Shown here: positions 45,645 through 55,587 of the stretch, piece by piece | Layout of the letters: each line of letters opens with the position of its first letter | Numbering within the stretch: the first letter of the stretch is position 1 | The notes under the pieces: generated by a model | The model's database searches: none | What the model saw: the letters and a program-made list of their open reading frames with translations, nothing else | Told to the model about the DNA's origin: nothing | Made by a program: the position numbers and the translations under genes | NCBI GenBank assembly: GCA_963976695.1 | Contig: CAXBMB010000003.1 | Coordinates: 27,415 to 91,414, forward strand | Source: an uncultured Rhodovibrionaceae bacterium | Lineage (GTDB): Bacteria; Pseudomonadota; Alphaproteobacteria; Kiloniellales; DSM-21159 | Direction: 5' to 3' | DNA length: 64,000 nt

Positions 45645-47735
45645 ATGTACCGGGCCGACCTTTCGGCCGAAGAGGTGGCGCAAGCGCATTTTGACTGGGC
45701 TGAAGATAAAATGCGCCCGTTCTATCCAAAGGACCCCGGGTTCGCCCTGGACTGGGACCCGGATCGCAAGCTGCGGGTCGGCTATGTGTCGGCGGATTTT
45801 CGCCAGCACGTGGTGACCTTTGGGATCTTGCCGATCTTACTGAGCCATGACCCGCAGGTGGTGGAAACCTTCGGCTACTACAATAACGTCAAATCCGACG
45901 ACACCACCGCGTTCTTCAAAAAGACCTTCGGCAACTGGCGCGATATCAGCCAACTGGACGATGACGCCGCCTATCGGCGCATTCGCGACGACAAGATCGA
46001 CATCCTGGTTGATCTGTCCGGGCACACCGCCGGCGATAGACTGGCGGTCTTCGCCCGCCGCGCGGCGCCGGTTCAGGTCACCTTCTATGGCTACCCCGGC
46101 ACCACCGGCTTGCAGACCATGGACTATCGGATCACCGATCCCTGGTCCGATCCGGTCGGCAAGACCGAGCATCTCCACAGCGAAAAGCTAACCCGCTTCG
46201 CCAAGGGTTACTCCACCTTAAAGCCGGCGCGGGGCCTGCCCGAACCAGGCTCGCTGCCGGCCAAGACCAACGGCTACATCACCTTCGGGTCGTTCAACAA
46301 TGCCGCCAAGCTAACCCCTTTGAGCCTTGATATCTGGGCCCAGGCCTTGCGGCGAATTCCCGACAGCCGGCTGCTTTTCAAGGCGCGCCATCTGGAACGC
46401 GACGCGTTGCGGGAAGGGATATTCCAGCGCTTCGAGATGAACGACGTCAGCCGGGATCGAATCCGGTTCGTCGACTATACCAAGACCATGGGTGAGCACT
46501 ACGCGGTCTACCAGCAGGTCGACATCTGCTTTGATTCCTTTCCCTACAACGGCACCACCACCACCTTCGACTCGCTGTGCATGGGGGTGCCGGTGCTGAC
46601 CCTGGCCGGCGGCCATCATGCCGCGCGGGTGTCCACCTCGCTGCTTAACCAGGTTGGCCTGGCCTTTTGCTCCAGTGAGAGCGCCGGCGACTTTATTTCC
46701 CTTGCCCAGGCGTTGGCGTCCGATCTGCAGGCCCTTGAAACCCTGCGCGGATCGCTGCGGACGCAGATCGTCAACTCGGCGCTTGTCGATTCCCAGGGCT
46801 ATACCCGCAATCTGGAGGCGACCTATCGGGACTACTGGAAAAGTTATCTGGTCGCGCAGGCAAAGCTGTCGGCGGCCGGTCTGCCGGATCGCGAGTCCGG
46901 CCTTGCGGCCGACCCTGAAGCCAACCTTCAGTCCGGTCTTGAGCCCAGCCTTGAGCCCTGTCTCAATCCCATTCCCGACGGCGGGCTGTCCAAAGCGGCG
47001 CTCGAACAGGGCGTTGCCGCCTTTCCCTTCTGGTACCATCTGATCGATCTGCCAAAGCAGGTGCGCACCCCCGGTCACCTGCCCCATGACGAAAGCGCCT
47101 ATCGTCTCCCCAAGGACCTGACGGGGCTGCGGGTGTTGGATGTGGGGGCCTGGGATGGGCGTTGGTCGTTTGAGGCGCTGCGGCGCGGGGCCAGGGAGGT
47201 GGTGGCAATCGATGATTTTTCCGACTACCTCGGTCTGCTGGAGAACGCCGATCGGAAGGCCTGGGAGACGTTCGACTTTTGCAAAAAGGCCTTTGGCTAC
47301 AGCGACGCCCAGTGCAAGCGGGTGGACATCTCGGTGTATGACATCACCGAGGCACAGCTTGGCCGTTTCGATGTGGTGCTGTTCTTTGGCGTGCTGTACC
47401 ACCTGCGCCACCCGCTGCTGGCCCTCGACAAGGTGTCGGCGCTGTGCGACCGGGCGATTTTCGTGGAGACCGCCATCGCGGATGACTTCAGTCCCTATCG
47501 GGGCGGGCTGGGCAAAGGGTTCAACCAGGGTGAAGTGGTGATGGAGTTCTATCCGAACAAGGAATACGGCAATAACGATTCCAATTGGTTCGCGCCGACC
47601 CTGTCCTGTGCGGCCCAACTGGTGACGGCGGCGGGTTTCGCAACCACCCACGCCTGGAAGCTGATGGACAACCCCAAGCATTTGACCCATTGCCGCGGCT
47701 TTGTCTGGGGACAGAAAACCGCGCCCGCCGACTGA
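45645..47735 (+). CDS. Fusion protein: SPINDLY-like O-GlcNAc-transferase-family (GT41) catalytic region + CmoB/DUF1698-like SAM methyltransferase
   Basis: N-part: KLRVGYVSADFRQHVV, DILVDLSGHTAGDRL, VQVTFYGYPGTTGL. C-part: VLDVGAWDGRWSFE (motif I), FDVVLFFGVLYHLRHPLLAL. The start is uncertain (45645 ATG or 45471). Confidence 0.7.
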   Translation: MYRADLSAEEVAQAHFDWAEDKMRPFYPKDPGFALDWDPDRKLRVGYVSADFRQHVVTFGILPILLSHDPQVVETFGYYNNVKSDDTTAFFKKTFGNWRDISQLDDDAAYRRIRDDKIDILVDLSGHTAGDRLAVFARRAAPVQVTFYGYPGTTGLQTMDYRITDPWSDPVGKTEHLHSEKLTRFAKGYSTLKPARGLPEPGSLPAKTNGYITFGSFNNAAKLTPLSLDIWAQALRRIPDSRLLFKARHLERDALREGIFQRFEMNDVSRDRIRFVDYTKTMGEHYAVYQQVDICFDSFPYNGTTTTFDSLCMGVPVLTLAGGHHAARVSTSLLNQVGLAFCSSESAGDFISLAQALASDLQALETLRGSLRTQIVNSALVDSQGYTRNLEATYRDYWKSYLVAQAKLSAAGLPDRESGLAADPEANLQSGLEPSLEPCLNPIPDGGLSKAALEQGVAAFPFWYHLIDLPKQVRTPGHLPHDESAYRLPKDLTGLRVLDVGAWDGRWSFEALRRGAREVVAIDDFSDYLGLLENADRKAWETFDFCKKAFGYSDAQCKRVDISVYDITEAQLGRFDVVLFFGVLYHLRHPLLALDKVSALCDRAIFVETAIADDFSPYRGGLGKGFNQGEVVMEFYPNKEYGNNDSNWFAPTLSCAAQLVTAAGFATTHAWKLMDNPKHLTHCRGFVWGQKTAPAD

Positions 47736-47737
47736 GG

Positions 47738-48817
47738 TTACAGCTCGCCGCTTTCGGTTGCCGCCCGGCGCTTGCCGCGAAGCAGCCGGAAGGCTAGCGG
47801 GGCCAGGACCACGATGAGGAAGATCCGCAAGATGTGATGGGTGGCGACAAAGGCCGCGTCGGCCTGCAGGGCAATGGCGATCAGGCTCATTTCCGCCAAG
47901 CCGCCGGGCGCGAAGGCCAGCACCAGGGCGTCGAGCCTTTGGTCGATCAAGTAGCTCAGCAGCAGCGAAAAGAGCAGCGTGGCCGCCAGCAGGATCGCCG
48001 TCGCGCCGAGCGCTTGCTTCAGCGCGGTGATCACCAGCGAAATCGCGGTGCCGGAAAAGCGCGCGCCGATGGCCGCGCCGACGGCGATCTGCGCGGCGGC
48101 CACCAGCTCGAAAGGCGGTCTGGCGCTGGTCAGTCCGCTCAGGTGGGCGGCGGCGGAAACCACCATCGGTCCGACTACGGCGGCGGCCGGTATCCTCAGC
48201 GCCCGCGCGCCGTAGTACCCGATCACGCCGCTGGCCAGCAGCACCGCCATGTCGCTCAGCGCCAGGCTGGCAAATTCAGGCCCTGGCAGCGGGCGGTTGG
48301 CCGCCCCCATGCCGTTGAACCAGCGAAAGGCGAGCGGCAGGGTCATCACCACCAGCAGGATCCGCAGGGTGTGCATCAGTGAAATTATCCGCTCATCCCC
48401 TCCCATTGCCGTGCCCACCAGGGTCATCTCGGAAAGCCCGCCCGGCGCGGCCGAGAAGTAGCTGGTGACCGAATCGTGGCCACAAATCCGGTTGAAATAA
48501 AGATATCCCAGCCCGGTGGAGACGAAGATGTAGAGCGCCACGGCAGCGAGTGACACCGACCAGCGCCCCAACGAATCCACGATTTCCGGTGAAAAGCCGC
48601 TGCCCAGCATGACCCCCAGCACCGCGATCATCGCCGTGCGCAGCGGTGGCGCCTGGGCAATTGGGGCGCCGCTCAGCGCCGCCATGGTGGTGACTAGCAT
48701 GGCGCCGATCATCCAAGGCAGCGGGATGCGCAAGATAAAGGCGGCATAGCCTCCCAGGCTGCCGAGCAGCAATGCGAAAGCAATGGCGAAGATGCGCTTT
48801 TTACCCTGCAGGTCCAT
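47738..48817 (-). CDS. AbrB-family membrane protein (duplicated AbrB / putative ammonia-monooxygenase-like domain)
   Basis: About 10 predicted TM segments with internal duplication. The start overlaps the upstream HAD gene stop by 1 nt. Confidence 0.7.
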   Translation of the reverse strand: MDLQGKKRIFAIAFALLLGSLGGYAAFILRIPLPWMIGAMLVTTMAALSGAPIAQAPPLRTAMIAVLGVMLGSGFSPEIVDSLGRWSVSLAAVALYIFVSTGLGYLYFNRICGHDSVTSYFSAAPGGLSEMTLVGTAMGGDERIISLMHTLRILLVVMTLPLAFRWFNGMGAANRPLPGPEFASLALSDMAVLLASGVIGYYGARALRIPAAAVVGPMVVSAAAHLSGLTSARPPFELVAAAQIAVGAAIGARFSGTAISLVITALKQALGATAILLAATLLFSLLLSYLIDQRLDALVLAFAPGGLAEMSLIAIALQADAAFVATHHILRIFLIVVLAPLAFRLLRGKRRAATESGEL

Positions 48818-49488
48818 CAGCTTGCGGTCTCGGCGCGAACCTCGGGCGGCAGCAGGCCCGCGGCGACGAGCCGACGGCGCAGCCCCGACGCCTGGGTGAA
48901 GTGGTGGGTCTGGAGACCAACGGCTTGCGCGGCAGCGATATTTTTTTCACTGTCGTCGATGAAAAGGCAGTGGCCGGCCTGCAGGCCGTTTCGGGTGAGC
49001 AGCCGGTGGTATATTTCCGGCGCGGGCTTGACCAGCCGCTCCTGGCCGGAAACCAAAATATCCTCGAAGCAGGAGAGAAACGCGAAGCGCGCCTGGGCAT
49101 GGGGCCAGGTTTCAGCGGAAAAATTGGTGAGGCCGTAGAGCGGAACGCCGGCCTGGTGAAGGTCGCGCACCAGCGCGGCGCTGCCCGGCACGCTGCCGGC
49201 CAGCATTTCTGGCCACCGGTCCTTCCAGGCCTGAATGGCGTCGTGGTGCTGGGGGTAAAGCCGTTGCCGCTCCGCCAGCGCCTGGTCCACCGGTCGCCCG
49301 CCATCCATGGTCAGATTCCACTGCGGCGAGCAGACCTGGGCGAGAAAGTCCTCCAGCGCCGACTCGTCCTGGAAAATCCGCCGATAGAGGTAGCGCGGAT
49401 CCCAGTCGATCAGGACCGCGCCCATGTCGAATATAACTGTGGTAATGCCTGTTTCCTGAGCTTGTTTCGCCAACGGGCTGGTGGTCAT
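48817..49488 (-). CDS. HAD-superfamily hydrolase
   Basis: Motif I VIFDMGAVLIDW. Motif III/IV: LVKPAPEIY, LFIDDSEKNIAAA. Confidence 0.8.
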   Translation of the reverse strand: MTTSPLAKQAQETGITTVIFDMGAVLIDWDPRYLYRRIFQDESALEDFLAQVCSPQWNLTMDGGRPVDQALAERQRLYPQHHDAIQAWKDRWPEMLAGSVPGSAALVRDLHQAGVPLYGLTNFSAETWPHAQARFAFLSCFEDILVSGQERLVKPAPEIYHRLLTRNGLQAGHCLFIDDSEKNIAAAQAVGLQTHHFTQASGLRRRLVAAGLLPPEVRAETAS

Positions 49489-49543
49489 GCGGGGCCTCTT
49501 GGGACAGTGCAGCGCTTCTTTCCTCGTCGATCACACTCTAACT

Positions 49544-50707
49544 CTAGTGGCTAAGGTGGCGGCGCAGACGTTCCATGAAAGCCTCGCAGAGCGCCACCTG
49601 CTCCAGGGTGATATATTCGTCGGGTTTGTGGGCCTGCTCAATGGAGCCGGGGCCACAGATCACCGCCGGGATTCCGGCGTGGGAGAACAGCCCGGCCTCG
49701 GTGCCGAACGCGACTTTCGAGGTGGCGTTGGCGCCGGACAGCGCCTTGGCCAGCGCCACCACTTCATGGTCGATGGGGGTGTCGAGGGGCGGGAAGGAGG
49801 AATATTCCTCGAAGGTAATGCTCGTCTCGGGCCGGACCGCCTGCATGGCGGGAAGCAGTTCGCGGGCGGCGTAGTCCTTGACTTCCTGGAACAGCAACGC
49901 GCCATCGTCCTGGGGCAGCAGTCGGAACTCAAAGGTGAACTGGCAATCCTTTGGCACGATATTGACTGCGGTGCCGCCGGAAATTACGCCGGTGTGGATG
50001 GTGGTGTGCGGCACGTCATAGTTCGGGTCGAAGGGGCCCTGCGCGGCCTTTCGGTCGGCCATCTCCGTCAGCTTGTCGACCAATTTGGCCGCGTACTGCA
50101 CGGCGTTGACCCCTTGCGGCGCGAGCGAAGAGTGACATTCGAAGCCCTGGACGTGGCAGGTTTGGGTGAGCTTGCCCTTGTGGCCGGTGATCACCTGCAT
50201 GAGGGTGGGTTCGCCAATGATGGCCAGACGCGGCTGAACGGCCTGTCGGGAGAGAAATTCCAACAGCGGCCGCACGCCCTTGCAGCCGACTTCCTCGTCA
50301 AAGGAAAAGCAGAAGTGGACCGGCATCTTCAGGTTGGCGGCTTGGAACTTCGGGGCGAAGGCCAGGCAGACGGCGATGAAGGATTTCATGTCGCAGCTGC
50401 CGCGGCCGAACAGCTTGCCGTCGGCTTCGCTGACCTTCCAGGGATCCCTGCGCCAGTCCTGAGCGTCGATGGGAACCACATCGGTGTGGCCGGACAGGGC
50501 GACGCCGGCCACGTCCTTTGGCCCAATGGTGCAGTAGAGATTGGCCTTGCTGCCGTCGTCGTTGTGCACCAACTGGCTTTCAATGCCCAGATCCGCCAGA
50601 TAGTCACGGATGTGATGGATCAAGTCCAAATTGGAGTTGCGGCTGGTGGTGTCAAAAGCGATCAAGCGCTCAATCATGGCGCGGCTGGCCGCGGAGGGAC
50701 GAGACAT
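49544..50707 (-). CDS. M20-family deacylase (acetylornithine deacetylase ArgE-like)
   Basis: The start at MSRPSAASRAMIERLIAFDT fits. Metal-site motifs: SGHTDVVP, GRGSCDMK, FSFDEEVGC. Confidence 0.8.
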   Translation of the reverse strand: MSRPSAASRAMIERLIAFDTTSRNSNLDLIHHIRDYLADLGIESQLVHNDDGSKANLYCTIGPKDVAGVALSGHTDVVPIDAQDWRRDPWKVSEADGKLFGRGSCDMKSFIAVCLAFAPKFQAANLKMPVHFCFSFDEEVGCKGVRPLLEFLSRQAVQPRLAIIGEPTLMQVITGHKGKLTQTCHVQGFECHSSLAPQGVNAVQYAAKLVDKLTEMADRKAAQGPFDPNYDVPHTTIHTGVISGGTAVNIVPKDCQFTFEFRLLPQDDGALLFQEVKDYAARELLPAMQAVRPETSITFEEYSSFPPLDTPIDHEVVALAKALSGANATSKVAFGTEAGLFSHAGIPAVICGPGSIEQAHKPDEYITLEQVALCEAFMERLRRHLSH

Positions 50708-50856
50708 GATGCGGAAATACTCCGTGGAATTATTTGACCGGGCGCTTGGTCGCCAACAGCCAAGATGCAAGGGATCTATAGCAGACAATCAACAGGACGT
50801 GGCGGCAAGGCAGCTTTGCTGAAAGCGAATGAACCGCGTGGGTATCTTTACAGCGA

Positions 50857-51942
50857 TCACCGCTTATCCCGCTCGTTATCCCGCTCGTTATCCCGCTCGC
50901 GGCCGGGCGGTTTCCGATCTCGCGAGGTCAGGCTGAGCGCCGACTTCTTGTCGGCCTTGAAGGGTGCGTAGGCGCCGCTGCGCTCCCAAACGATCGCCTC
51001 GCCGGATCGCAGGCCTTCCGACGGCGGACTGTCCATCCCCGCGGCGGCCACCTCTTCAAACAGCCAGTTTCGGAAGGCCGTCACCTTTTGCCAGTCACGG
51101 CTCTCCGGCGCGGTGACAATGAAATAGTGGAAGCCGGTGGCGACTTCCGGGCCGAAGGGCGCGACCAGCAGGCCGTTGGCGATATCGACCTGAGCCAGGG
51201 AGTGCCGGGCCAGCGCCACCCCCTGGCCGGCGATGGCGGCATTGATCACCATAGAGGAGTCGTTGTAGCCGGGTCCGCGCCGAAAGTTGATGTCCTCGGC
51301 CTTGGCGATGGTCAGCCAGTCGCCCCAGTCGATGTCCACCGCCCCGCCGGCGACGTCGTCATGCAACAGGGTTTGGTTCTTGAGATCCTGCGGGCAGGTC
51401 AGCGGCAGGTCCGCCTTGAGCAGCTGCGGGCTGCAAACCGGGTACTTGTAATCGGCCATCAGCCATTCAACCGACAGACCGGGATAGCTGCCCCTGCCGT
51501 AGCGGATGCCGAGATCGATCTGTTCGGCGTAGAAATCCACCAGTTCCTCGCGGGCTGACACCAGCACGTCGATTTCCGGGTGGCGCTGCCGGAACTTCTG
51601 CAGGCGCGGCAGCAGCCACTTGGTGGCAAAAGACGGCAGCACGGAAATTTTCAGCGGCCCCTCGACCTCCTGTTGCACCAGCTTGCGCGAGGCGGTTTCC
51701 AGCAGGTCGAAAGCCTGGGTCAGGAATGGCAGGTATGCAAAACCCACTTCGGTAAGTTCCAGGGTGCGGTTGCGCCGCCGAAAGAGCTGGACGCCGATAT
51801 GCGTTTCCAGCGCCTTCACCTGATGGCTGATCGCCGCTTGGGTCACGCTAAGTTCTTGCGCTGCAATGGTAAAGGAGAGATGCCGGGCCGCCGCTTCGAA
51901 TGCGCGCAGCGCGTTGAGCGGGGGCAAACGCCGGGCGGCCAT
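50857..51942 (-). CDS. LysR-family transcriptional regulator (GcvA-like) with a repeat-encoded C-terminal tail
   Basis: HTH: LPPLNALRAFEAAARHLSFTIAAQELSVTQAAISHQVKALE. The tail ...RERDNERDNERDKR is encoded by a 12-bp x3 repeat. Confidence 0.85.
   Translation of the reverse strand: MAARRLPPLNALRAFEAAARHLSFTIAAQELSVTQAAISHQVKALETHIGVQLFRRRNRTLELTEVGFAYLPFLTQAFDLLETASRKLVQQEVEGPLKISVLPSFATKWLLPRLQKFRQRHPEIDVLVSAREELVDFYAEQIDLGIRYGRGSYPGLSVEWLMADYKYPVCSPQLLKADLPLTCPQDLKNQTLLHDDVAGGAVDIDWGDWLTIAKAEDINFRRGPGYNDSSMVINAAIAGQGVALARHSLAQVDIANGLLVAPFGPEVATGFHYFIVTAPESRDWQKVTAFRNWLFEEVAAAGMDSPPSEGLRSGEAIVWERSGAYAPFKADKKSALSLTSRDRKPPGRERDNERDNERDKR
50864..50899. repeat. 12-bp in-frame tandem repeat x3 (TTATCCCGCTCG) at the 3' end of the LysR gene
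   Basis: Three identical units, read directly. Confidence 0.95.
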
Positions 51943-52096
51943 CGCGGCACTCCGTTAAAAGATGAGAAAATCTAATCCGATATATGAAATAACATCGTTT
52001 GAGACAAAGGGCAAACCTCTCTAAATCTACGGTCACAGCAGACTTGCAGGCTATAGGGTCAAAAAAGTCGCAATGTTTCGGATAAGGATCATTCTC

Positions 52097-52324
52097 ATGT
52101 CTATGACAGTTTGTGCGTCTTCGACCTCTCGTGTTACCGCGCCGACGCGCCCCCGGGGTTTCCTCGCTGTTTTGGCCGCTGCCGTCGATACGCTGTTCGC
52201 CTGGCAGGCGCGGTTTGAGCAGCGCGAGCAGCTCAAGGGTATGGAAGGCCATATCCGCCACGACCTGGGCCTGAGCGCCAGTGATATCGACAAGGAAATC
52301 AGCAAGCCGTTCTGGCAGGTCTGA
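52097..52324 (+). CDS. DUF1127 domain small protein
   Basis: C-terminus: WQARFEQREQLKGMEGHIRHDLGLSASDIDKEISKPFW. The ATG at 52097 follows AAGGA. It is divergent from a LysR gene, a frequent DUF1127 context. Confidence 0.75.
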   Translation: MSMTVCASSTSRVTAPTRPRGFLAVLAAAVDTLFAWQARFEQREQLKGMEGHIRHDLGLSASDIDKEISKPFWQV

Positions 52325-52418
52325 GCGCCGCGCCTGCGGCTTTCTGCCAGGGTTCCCGGCTGCGGCTCTCGGCTGCGGCGCGCGCCCCGCGCCTCCTTGG
52401 GCCCACTTGGGCCAGCCG

Positions 52419-52452
52419 CTGCCGTCCGGTTTCAGGGCGGCAGTTTTTTTTT
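52419..52452 (+). terminator. Rho-independent terminator after the DUF1127 gene
   Basis: Stem ctgccg(t)cc / gg(g)cggcag followed by 9 T. Confidence 0.8.
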
Positions 52453-52505
52453 GAGGGGCGAGACGGCCTGAACGGCGGGCGCTTGACGCCCGAGACGATC
52501 TCACG

Positions 52506-53276
52506 CTAGGGAACAAACTGTTCCTTGAGGATCCGTTCTTCCAGATTATGCTCCGGGTCGAAGAGCAGTCGCAGCTCCACGCCGCGATCTTCCCGGACCG
52601 CAACGGTCTTGACGTCCCGGATTTCGGTATAATCGGCGGTGGCGCTGACCGGACGCTTGCCCTGTTCCAAAATCTCGAAGGTTACCTCCGCCCCATGGGG
52701 AATTAGCGCGCCTCGCCACCTGCGAGGTCGAAAGGCGCTGATCGGGGTGAGCGACAGCAGCGGCGCGCCCAAGGGCAAAATCGGCCCGTGGGCCGAAAGG
52801 TTATAGGCGGTGCTGCCCGCCGGCGTGGCCACTAGCACACCGTCGCAGACCAACTCTTCCAGGCGGGTGACGTCGTCGATTTTGATCCGCACCTTGGCGG
52901 CTTGCCGACTTTCCCGAAACAGCGCCACCTCGTTGATCGCCAGGGCCTTATGCTGGTTTCCGCCGCCACAGGTGGCGGTCATGCGCAGTGGGTGAAGGCT
53001 TTGCAGCTGGGCCTGCTTGATGCGCGCCATCAAGCCGTCTTCCCGATATTCGTTCATCAAGAAACCAACCGTGCCGCAGTTCATGCCGAAAATCGCCACG
53101 CCGTTGCGCATGTGGGTGTGCAGGGTTTCAAGCATGAAGCCATCGCCGCCCAGCGCCACAACAACGTCCGCCTCCGCCACCGGAACCGGGGCGTAGCGTT
53201 GATTTAGACGCTCCAATGCGTTGCGGGCCTGGGGCACGTCGCTGGCAACGAATGCAAAGGAGGGATGGTCTGGCAT
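52506..53276 (-). CDS. nadK: NAD kinase
   Basis: The start at MPDHPSFAF fits. Motifs: [36 protein letters not shown]. Confidence 0.9.
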   Translation of the reverse strand: MPDHPSFAFVASDVPQARNALERLNQRYAPVPVAEADVVVALGGDGFMLETLHTHMRNGVAIFGMNCGTVGFLMNEYREDGLMARIKQAQLQSLHPLRMTATCGGGNQHKALAINEVALFRESRQAAKVRIKIDDVTRLEELVCDGVLVATPAGSTAYNLSAHGPILPLGAPLLSLTPISAFRPRRWRGALIPHGAEVTFEILEQGKRPVSATADYTEIRDVKTVAVREDRGVELRLLFDPEHNLEERILKEQFVP

Positions 53277-53667
53277 TTGGATGCTCTTTCTTGTCTGAAG
53301 GGCGCGGCGTCCCGTCCGACATCTGGGGGTCCGCGCCGGCGCGCGTCGGCAAAAGTTCGGCCGCTCAACCAAAACCTAACCGCTAAAGCTGAAGCAAGCA
53401 TAGCTTTTCGTCGGCGCAAGGGCAGTCCCTCTGCGGGAATAACTGTGCGTCGAATGTCGCGGCTTGGGCGCGCGCGCTCGGCGCGGCGTCCGACAGCGCC
53501 GGTCGCCCCGCCAAGATCCGCCGCCAAGCTATGAGAAACAGCGGACCAGCAGGGCGGTTGCCGGGATGACAGGCCGACGTGAAGCTGACATCATCGCGAT
53601 GGCAAAGGTCGGCTTCGACCGCGCCAGCTGTGCAACGCCGCAAGGCCAAGGCAAGAAAGTTTTACGC

Positions 53668-54216
53668 ATGACGTTAGCAATTGGGGGGCGCGGTGGGCGT
53701 TCGGCCGTCGTCGCTCTGGTTTTGGCTTCGGCCTATCTCTTCCTGGCGCTTGCGATCATCGCGCCGGCCAACGCCACCGGCGACAACAGCCTCTCGGAGG
53801 CGAACAAACCGGCTCACGAAGGTTACTACTATCCGACGATAACCTCGCAGGAGATCTATGTTTCCCGGAGCCGGGTGATGGCGGAAGCCGAGCGGGTTTT
53901 GCGTGTCGGCTTCATTACCGCCTTCGCCAACGGCATGATGGAAAGTCCCTCGCCGCTTCCTTTCGTGCTTTTCGCCAAGGGCGCCGAAGCCCAAAAGATG
54001 ATCATCCTGGCGGTGGCCGACGGGCCGTTCGACACGCTGTACCGGGCTCGCGCCTATATGGCGCAGTTGACCGCCGTGGCCCGCACCCTGCCGATCCTTG
54101 CCGACTATGGCGTGGAGGACTGGTTCACCTTTTACGATCTGGTCCGCTTGCTCGGGTTCGACGAGATCGTGGTCAGTGACGGCAAAAACTGGGCTCACCG
54201 CATTACCCTGAAGTAG
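53668..54216 (+). CDS. Conserved hypothetical protein with an N-terminal membrane anchor or signal sequence
   Basis: The ATG at 53668 gives MTLAIGGRGGRSAVVALVLASAYLFLALAIIAPANA. I recognise no catalytic motif. Confidence 0.55.
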   Translation: MTLAIGGRGGRSAVVALVLASAYLFLALAIIAPANATGDNSLSEANKPAHEGYYYPTITSQEIYVSRSRVMAEAERVLRVGFITAFANGMMESPSPLPFVLFAKGAEAQKMIILAVADGPFDTLYRARAYMAQLTAVARTLPILADYGVEDWFTFYDLVRLLGFDEIVVSDGKNWAHRITLK

Positions 54217-54310
54217 GGCCGGACCGGTGATCGCGCCGCGGCGCACCCGAATAGAAGGCGCTTGATGTTGCAGGCGACGCGCACCGCGCGTCCGTCGTGA
54301 TCGATCGGAG

Positions 54311-54652
54311 CTAGAGCAGCTGCCGGAGTAAGACGACCGCAAGGGTGCCGAGAAGGATCGCCAGCAGGGACGGCAGACGAAAGGCCAGCAAGAAGGTCAG
54401 CAGCGCCGCCAGACTTTCCGCCGGCCCCCGGGTCAGCACCATGGGCGCGATCAGCGACAGCAGAATCGCGGCGGGAACGGCCTCCAGAGCCGCGGCCCAG
54501 CGCGCGCCCAGCTTGCGCTTGCTGAGCAGCAGGTAGCCGCTGAGGCGGGTCAGATAGGTCACGCCGCCCATGCCGGCCAGCAACAGCAAGACCTGCGGAT
54601 CCAACGACCAGACCTCCGGGGCGGTTAAATCCAGCTTCAGCAGGTTTTCCAT
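54311..54652 (-). CDS. azlD: Branched-chain amino acid exporter small subunit AzlD
   Basis: 113 aa and hydrophobic (GMGGVTYLTRLSGYLLL). The start overlaps the azlC stop (TAATG). Confidence 0.8.
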   Translation of the reverse strand: MENLLKLDLTAPEVWSLDPQVLLLLAGMGGVTYLTRLSGYLLLSKRKLGARWAAALEAVPAAILLSLIAPMVLTRGPAESLAALLTFLLAFRLPSLLAILLGTLAVVLLRQLL

Positions 54653-55404
54653 TACGACCGCCCCGCCTTGAGCGCGGCGGCGGCCATGCCCGCGCCGGCG
54701 CCGATCAGAATGTACCAAACTCCGGGCAGCCACAGCGCGGCCAGGGCGGCGGATCCGCCGCTCGCCAGCCAGGTAAACAGGCTGCTGCGCGGCCCTTGCC
54801 ACAGGCCCGCCAGCAGCGACAGAAAGACCGCCGCGAAGATGAAATCGAAGCCCCAAGCCACCGGGTCGGCGATCACGTCACCGATTAGCGCGCCCAACCA
54901 GGTCGACAGCAGCCACGCTAGATAGAGCGGAAGCCCGACACCGAGATAAAAGGACGGCGTCAGGCCACGGGTCCGGCCGCGTTGTATGGCCAGCGCCCAA
55001 ACCTCGTCGGCCAGGAAGAACAGCCGGAAAAGGTTGCCGCCGGCGCTTCCCGATTTCATGTAGGGACCCAGCGTCGCGCCCATTAAAAGATGGCGCAGGT
55101 TGACCAGCAACGTGGTGATCAGCAGCGTGGCGACGGGCAGCGGCTCGCGCCAGAGTTCGAGGACGACAAACTGCGAACCGCCGGCAAAGACCGTGGCGCT
55201 CATCAGCAGGATTTCCAAGGGCGAGAGCCCGGCCTGCCGTCCCACCGACCCGAGGAGCAGTCCGTAGGCGGAAACCGAAATGATAATCGGCAGCACGGCG
55301 ACGGCGCCGGCGGCAAACTCACTTCGGGTGGCGCGCCGGCCGCGGGCGGAGGCGTCTCGGCGCGCGATGTCCGAGCGTTGATTTTCCGATAGCTGGTTTT
55401 CCAA
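54652..55404 (-). CDS. azlC: AzlC family branched-chain amino acid exporter subunit
   Basis: 250-aa polytopic protein. FAGGSQFV is a typical AzlC motif. Confidence 0.82.
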   Translation of the reverse strand: MENQLSENQRSDIARRDASARGRRATRSEFAAGAVAVLPIIISVSAYGLLLGSVGRQAGLSPLEILLMSATVFAGGSQFVVLELWREPLPVATLLITTLLVNLRHLLMGATLGPYMKSGSAGGNLFRLFFLADEVWALAIQRGRTRGLTPSFYLGVGLPLYLAWLLSTWLGALIGDVIADPVAWGFDFIFAAVFLSLLAGLWQGPRSSLFTWLASGGSAALAALWLPGVWYILIGAGAGMAAAALKAGRS

Positions 55405-55587
55405 GATTTATCTTCCGTAGATTTCCCTTTTCGGCCCGGCGGTGGCGGGCGGGTGAGGGCGGGGATTGTTGGCTCGGCCGCGCTTTCCAGTCGAGCCGAC
55501 AGCAGGACTGAAACCGCTCTAGCAGCAAAATCGGCGTGCGGTCTTGTAGCTTCTTGCTCTTGGCATGGAAAAGTGCCGGGACCCGGG

